This document shows positions 10,367 to 19,028 of a stretch of DNA of 54,821 nucleotides, one piece after another. The notes under the pieces are model-generated. The model was not told where the DNA came from. It worked only from the letters and a program-made list of their open reading frames with translations, and did no database searches. Location: positions 1-54,821 of the forward strand of contig JAFGAG010000001.1 in NCBI GenBank assembly GCA_016933785.1, read 5' to 3'. Every line of letters begins with the position of its first letter. The stretch's first letter is position 1. Origin of the DNA: Coriobacteriia bacterium (GTDB taxonomy: Bacteria > Actinomycetota > Coriobacteriia > Anaerosomatales > Anaerosomataceae). Position numbers and translations under genes: made by a program.

Positions 10367-11071
10367 ATGAAACGTCCGCACTTGATCGGTCTCGCGATAG
10401 GCGTCGTGGTTCTAGTGGTGGCGGTGATCGCCCTTTCCGCAGGCGCACCTGCGCCCGGTCTGATCGGCAACGGCGACCTCACGCGGCTCGGCTCCGAGGG
10501 TGCGCGGATCGTCGATGTCCGCACCGCGGCGGAGTTCGCTGGAGCGCACATCGAGGGCGCCGAGAACATACCGCTCAGGGATCTGCCGCAGGCAGCCGAG
10601 GGCTGGGATCGCGCCGAACCGATCGTCTTGTACTGCGCCGTGGGCGACCGGAGCAGCAGCGCCGCTGAGCTGCTGCAGTCGATGGGCTTCGAGCGCGTCT
10701 ACGACCTGAGCGGCGGGATCGCACAGTGGGAAGGTGCGCTTGCCGGTGGCGCTCAGACTGCGGCCGCCGAACCACCACAGGTCGCCACATCGGGCACGCC
10801 GGTGATGTACGAGTTCTACACCGATTGGTGACCCAGCTGCCAGAAGATGGTGCCTGTGGTCGACAGGCTGAAGACCGAGTATGAAGGCGTCGTTGAGTTC
10901 CGCATCATCAACGTGGAGTCCGATCCGGAAGGTGGGCGTCTCGCGAGCGGGTTCGGGATCCAGTACGTCCCGTCGTTCGTGTTCCTCGGCAGCGACGGTA
11001 ACCAAAAGGATCTGCTGGTCGGTGAAGTCTCCGAGGAGCAGCTGCGCGCCTCGCTCGATGCTCTGCAGTGA
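10367..11071 (+). CDS. membrane-anchored rhodanese-thioredoxin fusion, probable selenoprotein (UGA at 10829-10831 = Sec155)
   Basis: SD GGAGG then ATG 10367; hydrophobic N-terminus; rhodanese DVRT..EF..HI.GA and CAVGDRS; then FYTDW-TGA-PSC-QKM in frame with thioredoxin tail (GIQYVPSFVF) ending 11071. Confidence 0.85.
10832..10868 (+). promoter_or_regulatory. putative bacterial SECIS element
   Basis: Stem GCCTGT (10852-10857)/ACAGGC (10863-10868), G-starting apical loop GGTCG beginning 26 nt after the UGA. Confidence 0.65.
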
Positions 11072-11179
11072 CGACTCGCATAAGGATGACCGAGAGCGGG
11101 TAGAGACCTGATAGGACGTTCTTTGCTCCCGGATCAGGATCGAGGTGGATCGATCGAACCCATGACGTGCTGGTTTTTC

Positions 11180-11443
11180 ACCAGGGTGGCCGATGAAGGA
11201 TCCCGCCGGGCATGCGCGTGTGCATGAGGTTGAGTCTCAGACATTCGAACGGTTCGGTACGTGTGTTTCTTCTGTCAGATCGACGATGCAGGTGCAGGAC
11301 CGCGTAGGCGTGACGGGATACCGGGCATAAGCCTCTGTGACCTGCGGGGGTGCGGCCGGGGGGCGGAAGCGTCCGCCGGACCAAGAGCTCTCAAGGATGG
11401 CCCTTTGGAGGGGCGACTCGGGCGGTGCGACAGTCACCCTGGT
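11180..11443 (+). ncRNA. candidate structured non-coding RNA, family unassigned
   Basis: 11-bp closing stem ACCAGGGTGGC/GTCACCCTGGT, several internal hairpins, no credible ORF, followed by a terminator-like hairpin; strand inferred from the terminator. Confidence 0.5.
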
Positions 11444-11454
11444 TGGTGGACTCG

Positions 11455-11492
11455 GCGGCGGGTGCGCGGCAGACGCACACCCGCCGCTTTCG
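11455..11492 (+). terminator. intrinsic terminator-like hairpin
   Basis: GCGGCGGGTG/CACCCGCCGC 10-bp stem followed by TTTCG. Confidence 0.6.
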
Positions 11493-11583
11493 TCTGTGCG
11501 GCTTCAGTGAGCCGTGTGTCAGGCAGATGCGCCGGACGCAGACGCTCCCGGCCGGGGGTCGGTGACGCAGCGGAGCTGCAGGA

Positions 11584-11592
11584 TGCTATACT
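11584..11592 (+). promoter_or_regulatory. extended -10 element for tRNA-Ala
   Basis: TGCTATACT (TGn-TATACT) ~32 nt upstream of the tRNA. Confidence 0.55.
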
Positions 11593-11624
11593 TCCGTACT
11601 GCATCGTGCCTTCCGATGCGTTCG

Positions 11625-11699
11625 GGGCCCATAACTCAACGGGAGAGTGCCACCTTTGCAAGGTGGAGGTTGGGGGTTCGAATCCCCCTGGGTCCACCA
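11625..11699 (+). tRNA. tRNA-Ala (anticodon TGC)
   Basis: Acceptor GGGCCCA/TGGGTCC with G3:U70 alanine identity pair, anticodon arm CCACC-TT-TGC-AA-GGTGG, GGTTCGAATCC, CCA end. Confidence 0.98.
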
Positions 11700-11709
11700 G
11701 GTACACACG

Positions 11710-11739
11710 CGGCCGGTCACCCGATTCGGGGACCGGCCG
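11710..11739 (+). terminator. hairpin downstream of tRNA-Ala
   Basis: CGGCCGGTC...GACCGGCCG inverted repeat directly after the tRNA. Confidence 0.5.
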
Positions 11740-11831
11740 TTCGCTACAAGCGAGCGGTTCAGGGGTAACAACACTCGGTGTGCATGCCGCCGGAGACGGC
11801 GGCCGGTCGATGTGGACATTCGGAGGTATAG

Positions 11832-12770
11832 ATGGTCGCGATCGTGGAAGTCGCCGGTCTGGTGAAGCGTTTCGGCGAGCTGGCGGCCGTGGACGATGTC
11901 TCGTTCATGATCCGGCAAGGAGAAGTGTACGGGCTGCTCGGCCCCAACGGTGCGGGCAAGACCACGACCATCTCGATGATCTCGTGCCTGATCGACCCCA
12001 CCGCTGGATCGATCACGGTTGACGGTCATGATGCCGCTCGCGAGCCGGGCGCGCTCAAGCAGTCCCTCGGTGTCGTCCCGCAGGAGGTGGCGCTCTACCC
12101 GACGCTGACCGCCGCCGAGAACCTCCGATTCTGGGGCAGCATGTACGGTCTCCGCGGCAGTGCGTTGGATCGTGCCGTCAGCGAGGCGCTCGATCTTGCG
12201 GGCCTGGCGGATCGGGCGAAGGAGCGCATCGAAAAGTACTCGGGCGGTATGAAGCGGCGGATCAACATCGCGGCGGGCATTCTGCACAGACCCAAGGTGC
12301 TCCTCATGGACGAGCCCACGGTGGGGATCGACCCGCAGAGCCGCAACCATATTCTCGAGACCGTCAAAGGACTCAACGCGGCCGGCATGACCGTTCTCTA
12401 TACGAGCCACTATATGGAAGAGGTCGAGTACCTCTGCGACCGCATCGCGATCATGGATCACGGGCGCATCATCGCCGAAGGCACACTCAACGAACTTCGC
12501 GACGTGGTCGGCGGGATGGACGTGGTGGCGGTCAAGGTGGCCGGCGTGTCTCCGGGTACGCTCGACCGCGTCCGCACGATCGAGGGGGTCGAGCGAGTCG
12601 AGGGGACCGACGACGTGCTCGAGGTGCTCACCCGGAGCAGCGGCTCAATCATGGGGAGGCTCGTGTCCACACTCGAGTCCGAGGGCGCGCATGTCACTTC
12701 AGTGTCCGTCACCGAACCGGATCTCGAGAGTGTGTTCCTGCATCTCACCGGCAAGAGCCTGCGGGACTGA
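11832..12770 (+). CDS. ABC-2 type exporter ATP-binding protein
   Basis: Walker A GPNGAGKT, signature YSGGMKRR, Walker B LLMDEPT, H-loop TSH; SD GGAGG. Confidence 0.95.
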   Translation: MVAIVEVAGLVKRFGELAAVDDVSFMIRQGEVYGLLGPNGAGKTTTISMISCLIDPTAGSITVDGHDAAREPGALKQSLGVVPQEVALYPTLTAAENLRFWGSMYGLRGSALDRAVSEALDLAGLADRAKERIEKYSGGMKRRINIAAGILHRPKVLLMDEPTVGIDPQSRNHILETVKGLNAAGMTVLYTSHYMEEVEYLCDRIAIMDHGRIIAEGTLNELRDVVGGMDVVAVKVAGVSPGTLDRVRTIEGVERVEGTDDVLEVLTRSSGSIMGRLVSTLESEGAHVTSVSVTEPDLESVFLHLTGKSLRD

Positions 12771-12772
12771 CC

Positions 12773-13984
12773 ATGAAGAGACTGTGGTCGATCGCCGTGA
12801 AGGATATCCGGATCATGGTGCGGGATCGCGCCGCGCTGCTCGTCATGCTCGCGATGCCACTCGGACTGATATTCATCCTGGGCTCTGCGCTCGGGAACGT
12901 AGGCGAGGGGGACTCGCTCGATGCCAGGGTCGCGATCGTCAATCTGGACCAGGGCGGTCTTGGTGAGCAGTTCGTGGAGGGCCTCACATCGGCCGAGGAG
13001 ATCGACGCCGTCTTCAACGTGATCATCCGCAACGATGCCGACGAGGTGCGCGCCGAAGTGGAGCGCGGTGACTTGAGCGCGGCGCTCATCGTCCCGGCCG
13101 ACCTGAGCGAGAAGGTGCGGCAGGAAGAGCCGGTCGCACTCGAGGTCCTGCAGGATCCCGGCTCCGAGGTGAGCGCCGGGATCTGGGCGGGAGTGGTGCG
13201 CGCCGGGGTGGCGAACGCCTCGGCGCAGATGATCGCCGCACACACGATCGCCGAAGCGTTCTCGGGTGGGGCGCATGGTGCGCCCGCCTCCCAGCCGGTG
13301 GCCGAGGGAGCACCTCTTGCGGGGCAGCGGATGCCCGAGCTCGAATTCGATGCAGTCACCGTGCGCGAGGTGGAGGTCGAGCTCGAGAAGCAGATCTCGA
13401 TGATCTCCTACTACGCGGCGGCTATGTCGGGGATGTTCCTCCTCTTCGGAGGGATGTTCGGCGCGTTCTCCTTCGTGCGCGAACGGCGTGAGCAGACGCT
13501 CGCGCGGATGATGTCCACACCTGCGAGTACGGCGACCATCGTGGGTGGCAAGGCGCTCGGTGTACTGCTGATCGGCGTTCTGCAGTTCGTCGTGCTCTTC
13601 GCCGGCACGCACTTCCTTTTCCAGGTGGACTGGGGCACCAACGTCGTCGGCACGCTTCTGGTAGGCCTCGCCGAGACCGTGGCGGCCGCCGGGCTCGCGA
13701 TGTCGCTTGCGGCGCTCGGTCGCACCGAGCGCGCCATCGGCGGCATCGCGCCTGCGTTCATCATGCTCTTTGCCGCGCTCGGTGGATCGATGATACCCGC
13801 TGACCAGCTTCCCGGGTGGCTGTTGCCGGCGCAGGTGTTGTCGCCAGTCTACTGGACGGTCGACGCGTTCCTCGAACTCATGCGGGGTGCCTCTCTGGCC
13901 ACGGTGGCACCGAACATCGGTGCGGTGCTTGCGATCGGACTCGTGCTCCTTGGGTTCGGCGTCTGGCGGGTGAGGTACGAATGA
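12773..13984 (+). CDS. ABC-2 exporter permease
   Basis: N-terminal TM, large extracellular loop, ERREQTLARM..TP motif, C-terminal TMs. Confidence 0.9.
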   Translation: MKRLWSIAVKDIRIMVRDRAALLVMLAMPLGLIFILGSALGNVGEGDSLDARVAIVNLDQGGLGEQFVEGLTSAEEIDAVFNVIIRNDADEVRAEVERGDLSAALIVPADLSEKVRQEEPVALEVLQDPGSEVSAGIWAGVVRAGVANASAQMIAAHTIAEAFSGGAHGAPASQPVAEGAPLAGQRMPELEFDAVTVREVEVELEKQISMISYYAAAMSGMFLLFGGMFGAFSFVRERREQTLARMMSTPASTATIVGGKALGVLLIGVLQFVVLFAGTHFLFQVDWGTNVVGTLLVGLAETVAAAGLAMSLAALGRTERAIGGIAPAFIMLFAALGGSMIPADQLPGWLLPAQVLSPVYWTVDAFLELMRGASLATVAPNIGAVLAIGLVLLGFGVWRVRYE

Positions 13985-15159
13985 TGCGGAAGATCCTCGC
14001 GCTGGCGTGGCTCAACGCCGTGCAACTGCTCCGCAATCCGGCCGAAGTGGTCGCCGTGGTCGTGCTGCCGCTCGTACTCACGATGCTCTTCGGCTCGGCG
14101 TTCGGCGGAGGCCAGGCCTCCGATCTCAGCGTGCTCTTCGTCGATGAGGATGGGAGTCCCTATGCCGCACAGGTCGGCGAACTCGTCGATGCCGAAGAGT
14201 CGCTTAGGATCGTGCAAGCCACACGCGAGGAGGCCGAGGCGCAGATCTCGGCAGGCGATGCCGCAGTCGCGGTCCTGGTACCTGAGGGCTTCGGCGCCGA
14301 CCTACCCGACGCGCACGCTGTGATTGAGATCATGCGCGCCCCGACGTCCCAGAGTGGTTATGCCGTGTTCGCAGTGGTCCAGGGCATCGCCATGCGTATG
14401 TCAGGCAACGCTGCAGCGGCGCGTGTCGTCTCGAGCGCGATGCCCGGAGTGGCCGACTTCGACGAGGTCTATGCCGACGCTGATTCGCGGTGGGAGCCGG
14501 TGCCGCCAATCTATACGGAGGGACAGACGGTCGTGGCCTCGGAGGTTCGCGGAGACAGCGTCATCGCCGAGGGGACCGCTCAGAGCTCTATCGGCTTCAC
14601 CGTGTGGTTCATCCTGTTCATGACGTTCGGCAGTGCTGGCGGCATTCTCGAGGAGCGCGAACAGGGCACGCTTCGGCGACTGCTGGTGGCACCGATCGGT
14701 CGGGGGACCATCCTGTCGGGCAAGGTCCTCGGGACGGTCCTCGCCGCCTCGGTCCAGGCGCTGGTGCTGGTGCTCGTCGGCGCACTCGCCTTCGGCGTGG
14801 AGTGGGGTCGAGACCCGCTCGGCGTAGCCCTCGTGCTCGGTTCGTACATCCTCGCGGGGACCGGCCTGGCGGTGATGGTTTCAGCACTCGTGCGTACGCG
14901 CGACCAGATGAGCGGGCTCTCGCCGCTCGTTTCCACCGGGCTCGCGATGCTCGGCGGCTGTCTGTGGCCACTGGAGATCGTGTCGCCGTTCATGCAGACG
15001 ATCGCGAAGCTCACGCCCACGGGCTGGGCGGTCATCGGGCTGACCGATGTCGTCTTCCGCAATCAGGGGGTCGAGGCTGCAGTGGTCCCGACGCTCATTC
15101 TGCTCGGATTCGCGGGCGTCACGCTCGGAATCGGCGTTAAGATGCTGAAGTTCGAGTAG
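13981..15159 (+). CDS. ABC-2 exporter permease
   Basis: ATGA overlap with previous stop; EEREQGTLRRLLVAP motif; multi-TM. Confidence 0.9.
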   Translation: MMRKILALAWLNAVQLLRNPAEVVAVVVLPLVLTMLFGSAFGGGQASDLSVLFVDEDGSPYAAQVGELVDAEESLRIVQATREEAEAQISAGDAAVAVLVPEGFGADLPDAHAVIEIMRAPTSQSGYAVFAVVQGIAMRMSGNAAAARVVSSAMPGVADFDEVYADADSRWEPVPPIYTEGQTVVASEVRGDSVIAEGTAQSSIGFTVWFILFMTFGSAGGILEEREQGTLRRLLVAPIGRGTILSGKVLGTVLAASVQALVLVLVGALAFGVEWGRDPLGVALVLGSYILAGTGLAVMVSALVRTRDQMSGLSPLVSTGLAMLGGCLWPLEIVSPFMQTIAKLTPTGWAVIGLTDVVFRNQGVEAAVVPTLILLGFAGVTLGIGVKMLKFE

Positions 15160-15206
15160 ATCCGCGCATCAGCACCGCTCCGAGAGGCGTCCATGCACGT
15201 TCACGC

Positions 15207-16106
15207 ATGCCCGGTACCATGAGGTCGGACCCTGGTCCGAAGACAGCGATGGCGATCGCGGTCACGCTCGTGCTGTGGTCATCGGCGTTCGCAGCGATCA
15301 AGGTCGGTCTGCGTTGTTATAGTCCGGGGGAGGTTGCACTGCTGCGCTTCGGCACCGCATCACTCGTCCTCGGCGTCTACGCGCTCGCCACCCGGATGCG
15401 CCTGCCACACCGAGAGGATGTCAGCCGTATCCTCATCGCCGGCGCGCTCGGCATCACGGTCTACCATGTCGCGCTCAACTATGGTGAGCAGACCGTGAGC
15501 GCAGGAGCGGCGAGCCTGATAATCGCCGCGGCCCCGGTGTTCACCGCTGCACTGGCCGCGTTCTTTCTTGGCGAGCGACTTACCGCCTGGGGGTGGATCG
15601 GCATCGCGGTAGCCTTCTCCGGCGTCGCCATGATTGCATTCGGAGAGGGCGGTAACGGCATGCGTCTCGAGCCAGGCGCCGCGCTCATCGGGCTCTCGGC
15701 GATCGTCACGGCTGCCTACTCGATCATCTCCAAGCCACTGCTCGTGCGCTACCGGCCGCTCGAGTTCACCACGTACGTCATCTGGGCGGGCACGATGCCG
15801 ATGCTCCTCTGGGCGCCAGGGCTGTTCGCCAGTATGCCCTCGGCCTCGCTCGAGTCGACGCTCGCGGTCGTGTATCTGGGCGTGTTCCCGGCCGCGCTGG
15901 CGTACCTCTTCTGGTCCTACGCGCTCGCCCGCATGCCGGCATCCGCGCTCGCGACGTTCCTCTACCTTGCCCCGGTCTCAGCGATCCTCATCGCCTTCGT
16001 GTGGCTCGGTGAGGTACCCGCACCACTCGCGCTCGTGGGTGGCGCGGTGGCCATCGGGGGCGTCGTTCTGACGAACACGCTCGGGCGTCGCGTGCTATCG
16101 TCGTAA
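15207..16106 (+). CDS. EamA/DMT family transporter
   Basis: ~10 TM; LWSSAF, LGERL and LGE repeats characteristic of the EamA duplication. Confidence 0.9.
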   Translation: MPGTMRSDPGPKTAMAIAVTLVLWSSAFAAIKVGLRCYSPGEVALLRFGTASLVLGVYALATRMRLPHREDVSRILIAGALGITVYHVALNYGEQTVSAGAASLIIAAAPVFTAALAAFFLGERLTAWGWIGIAVAFSGVAMIAFGEGGNGMRLEPGAALIGLSAIVTAAYSIISKPLLVRYRPLEFTTYVIWAGTMPMLLWAPGLFASMPSASLESTLAVVYLGVFPAALAYLFWSYALARMPASALATFLYLAPVSAILIAFVWLGEVPAPLALVGGAVAIGGVVLTNTLGRRVLSS

Positions 16107-16138
16107 CCACACCGCGCATCCGGGAATGGAGCTACGCA

Positions 16139-18154
16139 GTGGCTGACAAGGAGGCTCGCACGGGCGGGGTATCCGCCACCGATGCGACTGCGTCGGTTGT
16201 CCGGCCGACGCTGCAGGTCTTGCTTGATGCAGTCGTGGTCCCCGCACTGTTCTGCGCTGCCGACGGCGAGGCCATCATGCACAACGCGCCGGCGGTGCCG
16301 CTTCTCACCCATCGGCCGGGCACTCCGGCCCGGCTCCACGTACATGATGGGACCGACCTGTGGACGGTCATCAGTGCCCGTGCCGACGATGCGCGCCCCT
16401 TCTTCGACCTTCGTGCGAAGATGCGGATCGCCGACGGACAAGTCTCCGACATCACGTTCTTCATCGTTCCCACACGGGGTGCTGGCGGGCTGCTCTCCGG
16501 AGCGCTGGTGCTCGCGCTCGATGCCCTTGCTACGCGCGTACGAGGGCTGGCGGCCATCGATGCGGGCTCGCCGAGCGGCGGGCTCTCGGCGATGATGCAG
16601 CGGTTGGGCGAGATCACCGGGGCCACGCACACGTACATCGTCGAGTCCGAGCGCGGCTTTGGCGCCGAGGCTCGCGTGATCGCGTCGTGGAGCGCCGACG
16701 GCTCGGCCATCCCGATCGGTCCGTTCGATGTGCGCGGCACGCCGTCGGACAGCTTCAACGGCCGGCGATTCGTGTGCATACCCGACAAGCTGCGGGAGAC
16801 GTACCCGGACGATCCACACTTCCGTGAGAACGACTGCAATGCCTATGCAGGAGTCGTGCTGCTCGACCCGAACCGCGAGCAGATCGGCATCATGGGCGCA
16901 CTATGGCGCGACCCGATCAGGGACATCCCGGGCATCTCGGCGGTCTTCACGATCACCGCGGTCTGGGCGGTACGTCTTCTTGGGGACCTCCTCGCTCAGC
17001 GAGAGCTGAAGGAGAGCGAGCAGCGCTACGCTGCCGTGTTCGAGGGCAGTGCGGTCCCCATCCTGCTGATTGACCCCGACACCACACAGATCGTCGATGC
17101 CAACCCGTCCGCATGCGAGTTCTACGGACGCAGACGCGATGATCTCATGACGATGAGCGTGCTGCAGACCGACGCACTCTCCGCCGAGATGGTCCGCGCT
17201 GAGTTGGCGCGTGCCGCCGATGGGATGCGTGTGCACTTCGCGAGCAAGCAGTTGCTCTCGGAGGGCAGGCTCCGTGACGTCGAGATCAACGTCGGCCCGA
17301 TCACCGTCGGTGGGCGCCAGGTGCTCTACTCGATGATTCACGACATCACCGACCGGAAGCGCATGGAGTCAGAGCTCGAGCGGGCCAAGCGCAATCTGGA
17401 GCTGATCGTCGGCCAGCGTACGGAGGATCTCCTGCGCACCAACGCCGAACTGCAGCAGGCCTCCACGGCACGGGACATGGTGTTCGCGAGTCTCGCGCGG
17501 GAGATGCGAACCTCGCTCCAGACGATCACCGGGTTCTCCGATGTCCTGCTGAGCGGCATGGCGGGCGAGCTCACAGAGGAGATGCACCGCCAGGTGGAGA
17601 TGATCGCCCAGGCAGGCCGACAGCTCTCGGGCTTCGCGTCGACGCTCCTCGAGTCCCGTAGGTCCGAGGCGGGCGCGGAAGCGATCGAACCCGAGCACTT
17701 CGACCTTGTCGGACTCGTGGAGTCGGTTCTCTTCGGCCTCGGGTCGTTCGCCGACGAGAAGAAGCTTACGCTGCAGTTCGCGGCTGACGAGCGGCCGATC
17801 GATGTCTTCACCGACCGATTCATGTGTCAGCAGATCCTGCTCAACCTGCTCTCCAACGCCATCCGTTACACGGATCGTGGCGGCGTCACGGTGACGGTAT
17901 CCCGCATCGGTGATCAGCACTGTTCGGTGGCGGTCGCCGACACCGGACCGGGCATCAGTCAGAACCGGGTCGAGACGCTGTTCCAGGGACCCGAGGTGCA
18001 CGCTCCTGCTGCGGGGATCGGGCTGCCGGCGAGTCTGCGGACAGCCGGAGTCCTTCACGGCACAATCGACGTCCAGAGTGCGCTTGGCACCGGCTCCGTG
18101 TTCACGCTCGTCCTGCCACTTTCGATCACCGACGACAGCCCGAACGAGGTCTAG
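16139..18154 (+). CDS. GAF/PAS sensor histidine kinase-like protein lacking the phosphoacceptor His
   Basis: PAS (DANPSACEFYG..HDITDRK), HisKA-like SLAREMRTSL, HATPase N-box NLLSNAIRYT, G1 DTGPGI. Confidence 0.85.
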   Translation: MADKEARTGGVSATDATASVVRPTLQVLLDAVVVPALFCAADGEAIMHNAPAVPLLTHRPGTPARLHVHDGTDLWTVISARADDARPFFDLRAKMRIADGQVSDITFFIVPTRGAGGLLSGALVLALDALATRVRGLAAIDAGSPSGGLSAMMQRLGEITGATHTYIVESERGFGAEARVIASWSADGSAIPIGPFDVRGTPSDSFNGRRFVCIPDKLRETYPDDPHFRENDCNAYAGVVLLDPNREQIGIMGALWRDPIRDIPGISAVFTITAVWAVRLLGDLLAQRELKESEQRYAAVFEGSAVPILLIDPDTTQIVDANPSACEFYGRRRDDLMTMSVLQTDALSAEMVRAELARAADGMRVHFASKQLLSEGRLRDVEINVGPITVGGRQVLYSMIHDITDRKRMESELERAKRNLELIVGQRTEDLLRTNAELQQASTARDMVFASLAREMRTSLQTITGFSDVLLSGMAGELTEEMHRQVEMIAQAGRQLSGFASTLLESRRSEAGAEAIEPEHFDLVGLVESVLFGLGSFADEKKLTLQFAADERPIDVFTDRFMCQQILLNLLSNAIRYTDRGGVTVTVSRIGDQHCSVAVADTGPGISQNRVETLFQGPEVHAPAAGIGLPASLRTAGVLHGTIDVQSALGTGSVFTLVLPLSITDDSPNEV

Positions 18155-18969
18155 GTAATCGCCACGCGGTCCTCGAGTTCAAGTGCGTCCGCTGGACATG
18201 CGGAGCGGCAGATCCCGCAGCCGTAGCACGCAGCGGCATCCACCACCGCGACGCGTCGGGGATCGAGCGTCAGCGCATCGAACGGACACCGCTCCACGCA
18301 GGCTCCACACCCCACGCATGCTCCCTCGTCAACCCGGGCGAGGTACTCGCCCTTCCACATCGTCTGATAGCCGAGTGTGAGCGTCGACTTCATCGCCATA
18401 CAGCCGCTCGCAAGGTTGCAGTTGCAGATTGCCGCGATGAACGGTGACTTGAAGGTCCAAACCGAGTGCATGAGGCCTTCGTCCTCAGCGCGGGCCAGGA
18501 CCGCCATCCCCTGCTCGCGTGTCAGCCGCTGGAACGCCGAGGTGTCCGGACCGCCTGCATAGTCGCGGAACGCCTCGGCGAAGAGGTCGTCCTGGGGGGT
18601 GACCGTGACACCGAGGCAGTACCCTCGCTCGGGTGTTCCCGCGAAGTGCCGGCAGACGCAGGGCAACTGCGTGATCGAGGTGGCGATGTCGAAGATCCGC
18701 TCACACTCCTCGATCGGTACCGGCTGGCCGAAGTGATCGGCCATCTGTCGAGGTCTGGTGATGGCGGTGAACGCCGAGCGGACCGGGCCTGGCGCCGCGC
18801 ATACGACCTTGAGCAGAGGGATGTTGCGCCGCATGCGACGATCGAATCCGGTCACGAAATCGACGACGAACTCGCGCCGCGCGACGTCACTGGTGAGGTC
18901 GGCCGCGTAGTTCTCGGCCTGCAGGTACCACTTCTTCCCATCACCGTGCTGAACGCAGAACTCGCACAT
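18151..18969 (-). CDS. 4Fe-4S dicluster (ferredoxin-domain) protein
   Basis: C-terminal CVGCGACVERCP and CYGCGICRSACP; extra Cys motifs CEFC, CVCR, CNC..C. Confidence 0.9.
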   Translation of the reverse strand: MCEFCVQHGDGKKWYLQAENYAADLTSDVARREFVVDFVTGFDRRMRRNIPLLKVVCAAPGPVRSAFTAITRPRQMADHFGQPVPIEECERIFDIATSITQLPCVCRHFAGTPERGYCLGVTVTPQDDLFAEAFRDYAGGPDTSAFQRLTREQGMAVLARAEDEGLMHSVWTFKSPFIAAICNCNLASGCMAMKSTLTLGYQTMWKGEYLARVDEGACVGCGACVERCPFDALTLDPRRVAVVDAAACYGCGICRSACPADALELEDRVAIT

Positions 18970-19028
18970 GGGCTCTCCCGTCGGCGGTCACCTCAGTATC
19001 GCAGGCGCGACGCGGGTCTGGCCAGGCG

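Noticed and set aside
10010-11071. Two separate genes (rhodanese 10010-10831 and a 74-aa ORF 10847-11071), or a pseudogene
   Set aside because: The stop falls exactly at the catalytic Cys position, the frame continues and a SECIS-like hairpin follows; the real start is ATG 10367 with an SD
39-11699. rRNA operon spacer suggested by the Ile/Ala tRNA pair
   Set aside because: No 16S or 23S sequence flanks either tRNA; protein genes lie between them
11261-12022. 253-aa ORF and other short ORFs across the 11.1-11.8 kb gap
   Set aside because: They overlap tRNA-Ala, have no recognisable motifs and have an Arg/Gly-rich shadow composition
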